From Octopus vulgaris (taxonomy: Eukaryota), in contig OX597824.1 in NCBI GenBank assembly GCA_951406725.2, forward strand, positions 15,500,001 through 15,564,000: a stretch of 64,000 nt of DNA, given 5' to 3'. A program made the translations under genes and the position numbers. Shown one piece after another: positions 54,301 to 64,000 of the stretch. The stretch's first letter is position 1, and every line of letters starts with the position of its first letter. The notes under the pieces were generated by a model. That model had not been told where the DNA came from, ran no database searches, and saw only the letters and a program-made list of their open reading frames with translations.

Positions 54301-54812
54301 CAAAAATAGTAATTAATATAGATTAATTGCTACGAGTTCTTCATAGAAGACAGGGCCTCTATCGAAACCTTTTTCAAGGGTTTTAAGATTAATTGGTTGG
54401 GGGGGGGGGAATCGGTGCCTTCAAACAATAGACTAGATTCTAACACCTACTACAGAGAAGTCTTCACTTACGGCTTAGTGTTATCGTAGAGGTATTAAAC
54501 GAAATGGCGGGTTACGTCTCTCACGCAATATCAGACAGGCCGTTATATAATACATAAAGATATAGAATGCATTGATAAAATGCAGGAAGATCTCGTAAAC
54601 GTGGAAACATAATCTTTTATCTTTTGCTTCTTTCAGTCAGTGCATTGAAGTGCGGCCATGCTGGGACACCACCTTGGAAGGTTTTAGTCAAACAAAACCA
54701 TAAAATTTGTTTTAAAGGTCTTGTACTTATCCAATTGTTGGCTTAAGCGAAATCGCTAAGTTATGGAGACGTAAATATAAAACACTTGTTGTCGAATGGT
54801 GGGGGCTGTCTA

Positions 54813-56196
54813 ATACACACACACACACACACACACAGACACACACCTAAACACACACAGACAGACACACGCACACTCACACACAGACACTCACATTCAC
54901 TCACTCACACACAGACACACTCACATTCACTCACTCACACACACACACACACACAGAGACACACACAGATACACAGGCAGACACACACACACTCACACAC
55001 ACACAGACACACACCTAAACACACACAGACAGACACACGCACACTCACACACAGACACTCACATTCACTCACTCACACACAGACACACTCACATTCACTC
55101 ACTCACACACACACACATACACAGAGACACACACAGATACACAGGCAGACACACACACACACACATACACACACACACAGACAGACACACGCACACTCAC
55201 ACACAGACACTCACATTCACTCACTCACACACAGACACACTCACATTCACTCACTCACACACACACACATACACAGAGACACACACAGATACACAGGCAG
55301 ACACACACACACTCACACACACAGAGACACACACCTAAACACACACAGGCAGACACACGCACACTCACACACAGACACTCACATTCACTCACTCACACAC
55401 AGACACACTCACATTCATTCACTCACACACACACATACACAGAGACACACACAGATACACAGGCAGACACACACACACTCACACACACATTCGCTCAGAC
55501 ACACACACAGACAAACACACATTTACCCCCTAACACACAGACACATATGCACAGAGACACACACAAACACAGACACACACCCAAACAGACACATAGACAG
55601 GCACATTCACATACACACACACATTTACACACACACACACAGAGACACACAGACAGACACGTACACACACATACACACACACACATTAACACACATACAC
55701 ACACATTCACTCATTCACACACACACACACACACCTAGACAGACAGACAGACACACACATACACATTTACTCACACACACAGACACACACCTAGACAGAT
55801 AGACACATACATTAACACACATACATATTTGCTCACACACACAGACACACACATTCACTCATTCACACACACACACACATACACACACAGACACACACCT
55901 AGACAGGACAGACACACATTAACACACATACACTTTTACTCACACACACACAGACACACACATTCACTCACATTAACACACGTACACACACACACATACC
56001 TAGACAGACAGACACACACATACACATTTACTCACACACACAGACACATACCTAGACAGATAGACACACACATTAACACACATACACATTTGCTCACACA
56101 CACACACACACACACACAGACACACGCCTAGACAGACAGACACACACATTAACACACATACACATTAGCTCACACACACAGACACACACATTCACT

Positions 56197-56229
<33 letters not shown>
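54813..56229. repeat. CA-rich minisatellite with higher-order repeats, expanded inside a family A SINE
   Basis: Units ACACCTAAACACACAC... and CTCACATTCACTCACTC recur. SINE halves at about 54615-54810 and 56230-56390 (-). Confidence 0.88.
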
Positions 56230-56231
<2 letters not shown>

Positions 56232-56798
56232 ACGACGAGCCTGTTTTAGTTTCTCTCTACCAAATCCACTCATGAGTCTTTGGACGGCCCGGCGCTACGC
56301 ATGGTAGAAGATACCAACCCTAGAATGAACCTGAAACCATTTATTGAGAAGCAAATTTCTTATACCACACAGACATGCCTGTGCCTTCTAAGACACAGAA
56401 GTATTTTTTAAGGACAAATAAACTGAAAAATGTCGGTTATAGGAATAAAATCCATACACAAAAATGATTTATCAGAATTTAGTCTACCAAAACGAAAAAA
56501 CTTCTAGGGATAGCCGAAGAGCAGGTCCTCAGAAAGAAGGTGCTCACCCTGTCTCTGATGTAATAGTCTAAGTCCTTTACGCCTACAGACACACTAACGA
56601 GGCCGGGCTGCACCATGGCCAAGACGGCCCGGGTAACCTGCGGGGGTGTCACATTTTTTGCCTGTGTTTGAGTTGGATCGTGCAACCTCCAGGGCCCAGG
56701 TGTCTCAAAGTCACGTTATATATTCTCTGGACCAATGTGTATGGGATAGTAAAGAAAAAAAATAATTGTGTGTGTGCGTATGTGTTTATTTGTGTGTG

Positions 56799-56830
<32 letters not shown>

Positions 56831-56926
56831 GTTTGGTGTCTGTGTATACTCGCATGTACACACTAAAGAAATAACAGCCGAAAGATAGATAACCGGACAT
56901 ACTTAAAATCAACTGTAAATATACAT

Positions 56927-57089
56927 AGGCGCAGGAGTGGCTTGCTTGCCAACCACATGGTTCCGGGTTCAGTCCCACTGCGTGGCACCTTAGACAAGTG
57001 TCTTCTACTATAGCCTCGGGCCGACCAAAGCCTTGTGAGTGGATTTGGTAGACGGAAACTGAAAGAAGCCCGTCATATATATGTATATG

Positions 57090-57159
<70 letters not shown>

Positions 57160-57382
57160 TATATGTCTTATGTGTGTATATCTTTGTGTGTCTCTGTTTG
57201 TCCCATCAGCATCCCTTGACAACCGATGCTGGTGTGTTTACGTCCCCGTAACTTAAGGGTTCGGCAAAGAGACCGATAGAATAAATACTAGGCTTACAAA
57301 GAATAAGTCCTGGGGTCGATTTGCTCGAATAAAGGCGGTGCTCCAGCATGGCCACAGTCAAATGACTGAAACAAGTAAAAGG
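56927..57382 (+). mobile_element. SINE family A
   Basis: Matches the family consensus. Confidence 0.9.
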
Positions 57383-57526
57383 GTATATAGATACGCTCGC
57401 GCGCGCACACACCGAGATGGATAGATAGATAGATAGATAGCTATATAGATAGATAGATAGATAGATAGATAGATGATGGATGGATAGATAGATAGATAGA
57501 TAGGTAGATATAGATAGATAGATAGA

Positions 57527-57586
<60 letters not shown>

Positions 57587-57687
57587 TTGTATAAAATGTA
57601 GAAATGAGATTTTTCGGAATGGAATCTGGTTCGTCAAGTACATAGGATACGTACACGCACAAAGCATATTCATAATCACACAAACCG

Positions 57688-57774
<87 letters not shown>

Positions 57775-57992
57775 GACACACACACACACGCATACACACG
57801 CACACACACACAACATCACCGTTGTCACCACAAGCACCACTCTCATCAGTTTTATCCGGACACATTTTTAGTACTTACTTATTCTAAAGACGGAAGCTAA
57901 ACCGATGTTATTTCTGTTTGAATATACACCACCCATACATGCTTACACACAAACATATAATTACGTGTGTACATGTGTGTGTCTATACATAA

Positions 57993-58038
<46 letters not shown>

Positions 58039-58343
58039 GCACGATATGTGTGTGTGTATGTGTGTGCGCACGTACCGATAGATCTGAGCGCAGATCTGCG
58101 CTTGTGGTGAATGGGGAGAGGCAAGCCGAAGTCACAATGCGTGTATGCAGAAAAACGCGGATGATCGTTTCAACAGCGAAGCTGAGAGCGAGAAGGGAGG
58201 AGTATATCGCTGATGGAAACAGTGGGAGGAGTATATATAAAGGAGAACGGAGAGAGAGAGAAAGAGTAGAAGGAGAGAAAGAGTGTGAAAAAGAAGGGGA
58301 GCAAGGGAGGGTGGATGAAAGCGAGCCAGAGAGAAATTGCGAC

Positions 58344-58374
<31 letters not shown>

Positions 58375-58664
58375 AGGGAGAAAGATATAGGGTTTGAGAG
58401 AGGGAGTGGGAGGGTATGAGATGATGGGAGTAGAGGGAATAGGAAATGATTGTAGTTAAAATGCGTGAGTAGCTTCTTAAGTGAAGGAGGAGAGGGGAGA
58501 GGAGACGGCAACAAGGCTGTGAGGATGATGAGGTGGAGCTTGCAGATTGATGGGAGGAGAAAAAAATAGAGTGGGCGGGAGATGAAAGAGGAATGGGATG
58601 AAATGGATGACTAAACAGTCAGTGGAATCGTCGCTATTGTCACTGATGGAGTGTGTGCCTATGC

Positions 58665-58696
<32 letters not shown>

Positions 58697-58794
58697 GCAT
58701 AGGCACACACACATATATATATATATATATACGCATACACGTATATATGCATGCAAATATATATATATATATTTATATAGAATATATATGTGTT

Positions 58795-58827
<33 letters not shown>

Positions 58828-58911
58828 ATATGTAATTACGCATACATATATATGCATGTAGATATATATATATATATATTTATATATGTTTATATATATA
58901 TATTTATATAT

Positions 58912-58958
<47 letters not shown>

Positions 58959-58976
58959 TACATATATATATATATA

Positions 58977-59023
<47 letters not shown>

Positions 59024-59100
59024 CACATGCACACACACCTTGGTGTATTGATTTCGTTGTTGTTGCTTAGGGCCGCAAGTCAGTCTTGATACTGTAGACC

Positions 59101-59136
<36 letters not shown>

Positions 59137-59392
59137 ACACACTCCGTTTTCATATTGTAAACCACACACACATACACACTCCAGCGTGTGTACGCACACA
59201 CACGTCACAATATTATCCAATTCGTCATATCCTTAATGTGGTACGATGTGAGATTTAATGGGAATTTGTCTGCTATTTCTAACAGATCAAAACCGTGCTG
59301 TACTAACTTCCATATGTATGTGTTTATTCATCCGTGATGTGTACCCGTGTAACTAAATGTGCGTATAGGTTTGCGTCACAAACAAGTACCTG

Positions 59393-59556
<164 letters not shown>

Positions 59557-59581
59557 AACATATGCACAAACATATTTGCGT

Positions 59582-59636
<55 letters not shown>

Positions 59637-59654
59637 TACGTACATTTGTATATA

Positions 59655-59832
59655 CTTTTCTACTCTAGGCACAAGGCTCGAAAATTTTTGGGAGGGGGTT
59701 CAGTCGATTAGATCGAACCCAGTACGCGACCGGTCTTTAATTCATCGACCCCGAAATGATGAAAAACAATGTCGACTTCGGCGGAATTTGAACTCAGAAC
59801 GTAAAGACAGATGAAATACAGCTAAGCATTTA
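59655..59832 (-). mobile_element. SINE family C
   Basis: Reverse-complement Nin-like core. Confidence 0.75.
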
Positions 59833-59847
59833 TACGATGCATATGTC

Positions 59848-59951
<104 letters not shown>

Positions 59952-60057
59952 TATATACATATACATATAATTATATATATATATATATATGTATATATAC
60001 AGACACATCTATCCGTATGTATATACCTGTGTGTATATCTATCTGTATATCTGTCTG

Positions 60058-60119
<62 letters not shown>

Positions 60120-60507
60120 CATGCATATGGGTGTGTGTATATATATATATCTGTGTGTGTGTGTATACATAAATATACATAGATTGCCCGAAATGGGGAA
60201 TAGATAAAACAGCCGACAACTGATGAAGGGTCGTTCTTTATGTTGCTTGTCTTGTTTTCCAATTGTTTCTTTCGTTGTTCGCATACCCAAGTTTGCCTTC
60301 GTATTTCATGTTGTTTACGTTTTTCGTGACGTCCTGTACGCAGCGAAACAATTGTCCCAAAATAATCTGTATTTTTGTTATTTTTTATTTGCCCTGTTCG
60401 TGTGAGCTAACAATCGTACTGACTTTCATGGGAAACATGTATTTTTGTGGTTGAAACCTTTTGGATTTACTAGTGCTAGAGTGAGCCATATAGTGACCAC
60501 TCTCTTA

Positions 60508-60563
<56 letters not shown>

Positions 60564-60672
60564 TATATGCTATTAAGGTGGTGCTATTAAGGTGGTGCTA
60601 TTAAGTTAGACATGGCCTGGGCCAATAATGGCCGAAACCTATCAAAGTATCAAAGTATCAAAGTATATATAC

Positions 60673-60737
<65 letters not shown>

Positions 60738-60818
60738 CATATATATATATATATATATATATTATCATATATTATCATATATGAATGCCACACATCTATT
60801 TCCAAGTAAGTTTATCTA

Positions 60819-60948
<130 letters not shown>

Positions 60949-61040
60949 ACATGAATCTGAGAGGTTTGATAGTTCAATATATATTTAGAAGTGACCATAG
61001 GGTTACGCCACGATTCTCGGAATCCATACCGTATATAACT

Positions 61041-61113
<73 letters not shown>

Positions 61114-61586
61114 GTGTGTGTGTTTGCACGCATTCATATGTGAGTAGCCGTCTGCGTCTGATTGTATGTGTCTCTGTGAGTTTGTATGTTTATACATAGC
61201 GGTATTAAGTAAGGAATTTATTTAATAATCTTTCGAAAGGTTGATACGAAAAAGACTTGAGAGAGAGAGAGAGAGAGAGAGTGAGAGAAATAGTGAGAGG
61301 GAGAGAGAGGGGGAGAGAGGACACAGACGGTCAGTCAGGCACAAATAGAACTAAGAATCAATGTACATGAAAAGAGTCGATGCAAAAAGGAAAAGTAGGG
61401 AAGACGAGAAACACGGAGGGAAGGACTAAGTCAGTCGGACAGCGTATGCTATTCTGATGAAATCGCGGACACTGACAAAAAGTTAGGAAGACAGATCCAT
61501 GAATAGTTAGATGGTGTGTCGATAGATGCACGGAAATACATAAATTCGCTCGCATATACGCAGCTAAATGCACGTATTTGTACATA

Positions 61587-62082
61587 CAGTAATCCCTCTA
61601 CTATCGCGGGTGTTACGTTCCACCCCGACCTCCGCGATAGGTGAAAATCCGCGAAGTAGAAACAGTACTGTATATTTATTATTACTATTATTATAATTTG
61701 CATATATTTATTTTATTATAAATGCAAAACAACACCATGGAGGAATCGATGCAAGTTTAAATAATAGACCACGATAGGTGAACCGCGATAGGTGAACAGC
61801 GATAAGTGAACCACGATAAGTAAACTGCAATAGTGAACCGTGATAGGTGAACTGCGATATGTGAACCACCATAGGTGAACTGCGATAGTAAATCGTTTAT
61901 AGGTGAACCGCAATATGTGAGCCACGATAGGTGAACCGCGACAGGTGAACAGCGATATGTGAACCACGATAAGTGAACTGCGATAGTGAATCGTGATAGT
62001 GAACCGCGATATGTGAACCACGATAGTGAACCGCGATAAGTGAACCGCTCTAGGTGAACCGCGATAAGACGAGGGATTACTG
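61587..62082 (+). mobile_element. Tc1/mariner-superfamily (Tigger/pogo-like) MITE with an internal tandem array of about 14 bp
   Basis: TA|CAGTAATCCCTC...GAGGGATTACTG|TA. About 20 copies of GAACCGCGATAGGT at 61768-62066. Confidence 0.9.
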
Positions 62083-62269
62083 TATATACCTTTTACTGAC
62101 GTACAGACAAGCATATACACACACATATATACATACAGTGATACATGGCTAGCAACTCTGGACATTTAAATCCAGTTAAGTGTACTGATTAGGAATTATC
62201 TCTTCACTCTTGCCAAGTCTTCGGAAAGGCCTACGCAAGTAGTTTTTTTCTTTTTTTCGTTTTTGTTTG

Positions 62270-62864
62270 GGACATAGTTCCGGGTTCGGTCCCACTGTGT
62301 GGTACATTGGGAAAGTATCTGCTACTATAGCTTCGGGCTGACTAAATCCTTGTGAGTGGATTTAGTAGACGGAAACAGAAAGGAGTCCGATGTATATACA
62401 TGCCTACATACATACATACATACATACATACATACATACATGCATACAAACATATATACATACACACACAAACACACACACATATGTGTGTGTGTGAATG
62501 TATTTGTCCCCTCCCCACTGCTTGGCAATCGGAGTTGGTGTGCTTACGTCCCTCCTAACTTAGCGGTTCGGCAATAGAGACCGATAAAATAAGTAGAAGG
62601 CTTTAAATACATAAATCAAAAATTAGAACCCGGGTCGATTCGATCGGCTAAAAATTCCTGAACGTGGTGCTCTAGCAAGACCGTAAAAGATAAAAGATAG
62701 GAGTGGTTTTGTGGTAAGTAGCTTGCTTACCAACTACATGGTTCCGGGTTCACCCCCACTGCGTGTCACCTTGGGCAAGTATCTTCTAATATAGCTTCGA
62801 GCCGACCAAAGTCTTGTGAGCGGATTTGGTAGACAGAAACTGAAAGAAGCCCGTCGTATATATG

Positions 62865-62896
<32 letters not shown>

Positions 62897-63310
62897 TGTA
62901 TGTATGTATGTATGTATGTATGTATGTATGTATGTATGTATGTATGTATGTATGTATGTATGTATGTATGTATGTATGTATGTGTGTGTATATGTTTGTG
63001 TGTCTGTATTTGTCCCCCCAACATCGCTTGACAACCGATAGTGGTGTGTTTACTTCCCCGTAACATAAGCCGTGGGAGTGTGGTTAAGGAGCACGATTTT
63101 CAACCACGTGGTTTCGGGTTCAGTCCTGCTGCGTAGTAATTTGTCACGTGTCTTCTAGTATAGTCCAAGGCTGACCAGTGCCTCGTGTACGGATGTAGTA
63201 GACGTAAACTGAGTAGAAGCTCGTCGTATAATGTGTGTATGAGTACGCACCTTCAACGCGATGCTCCAGCATGGCCCACGGTTCAATGACTGAAACAAGT
63301 AAAAGATAAA
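62270..63310 (+). mobile_element. Three adjacent family A SINE copies of differing divergence
   Basis: Heads at about 62270, 62699 and 63075. Confidence 0.8.
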
Positions 63311-63534
63311 CGAATTACTTAAAAATCCGGTTGGTCGGATGCGAAAGCTGTTTTAGGAAAAATAGTACCGAAACCCTTCTTTATCTTGGGAGGCTCGCGT
63401 TAGAAGCCACGCACAGACGGCGTGTAACAGTTTGGCCACAGTAAACTCTATAGCTATGATGCCAAACCTATAATGCACGGGTGAATAAAGAGTACGGAAC
63501 AAAGTTTTCAAATCTTCAACACCAATGTCATAAC

Positions 63535-63592
<58 letters not shown>

Positions 63593-63892
63593 TAGATGAC
63601 GTCACTTATGCACTGGTGTAAATATTGCGTTCGACGTAACCGATACGTCTGATGTGATGTCTTGTAATAACTAAATGAAACAACTGACCCAAATACTTGA
63701 ACAAGCGTTACGTAACGACGCTGTTGCTGTTTGTTGTAGAAGTGAGGTGACTGTACGTAAATTCCAGCGCTGTAATCGATGTTATTGACATAAAAAAGCG
63801 GAAAAAATTACGTAACTGTTATGAATTTTGTAGTCAACGTTGCTGAAGCGAGGCCTGTATCCGAGGTGATTAACAAAAACTATACTGTTGCA

Positions 63893-64000
63893 GTTCTATA
63901 TTTAAGAGATGAGGAATTATGTACATTATTTACATTATTTACATTCGACGGATAGTTGTCCTCAACTTGTTTGTTGTTAACACAACGTTTCGGCTGATAT
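63893..64000 (-). mobile_element. PLE-like end fragment with the 3' half of a hammerhead motif, truncated by the window end
   Basis: Minus strand ATATCAGCC GAAA CG TT GTGTT; paralog of 44538-44690. Confidence 0.65.

Noticed and set aside
54786-55802. 338-aa His/Thr-rich ORF
   Set aside because: Translation of a CA minisatellite inside a SINE
56479-56740. GC-richer patch with a 68-aa minus-strand ORF
   Set aside because: No recognisable domain or splice signals; probably a TE fragment
60215-60362. CTGATGAAGGG and a distant GAAACAATTGTC
   Set aside because: Stems I and II cannot be paired between the halves; at most separate relics
61768-62066. CRISPR-like short repeat array
   Set aside because: Contiguous 14-mers without unique spacers, inside a TIR element, with no cas genes

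Overview
Repeat-saturated, AT-rich eukaryotic intergenic or intronic DNA. The microsatellite load and tRNA-derived SINE families suggest an octopus (coleoid cephalopod); this is an inference. No intact cellular protein-coding exon is supported, and almost all supplied ORFs are microsatellite or SINE read-throughs. Supported features: one intron-containing tRNA-Leu(CAA) gene; dozens of SINEs from three main families, some in tandem concatemers; a 5'-truncated R4/Dong-type RLE LINE in (TAA)n; two 3' fragments of a Tx1-like LINE next to (TATC)n; an RTE remnant; a complete non-autonomous Helitron and a RepHel helicase remnant; and two TIR elements. The main discovery is a dense population of about 14 type I hammerhead-ribozyme-like motifs (CUGANGA...GAAA...NUH, mostly with palindromic stem III). 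Several sit in fold-back or terminally redundant non-coding elements inserted into (TA)n tracts, resembling Penelope-like pLTRs or retrozymes. They show compensatory stem changes between copies, unusually long stem II insertions and recurrent core variants. All structures were read by eye and coordinates of degenerate repeats are approximate.
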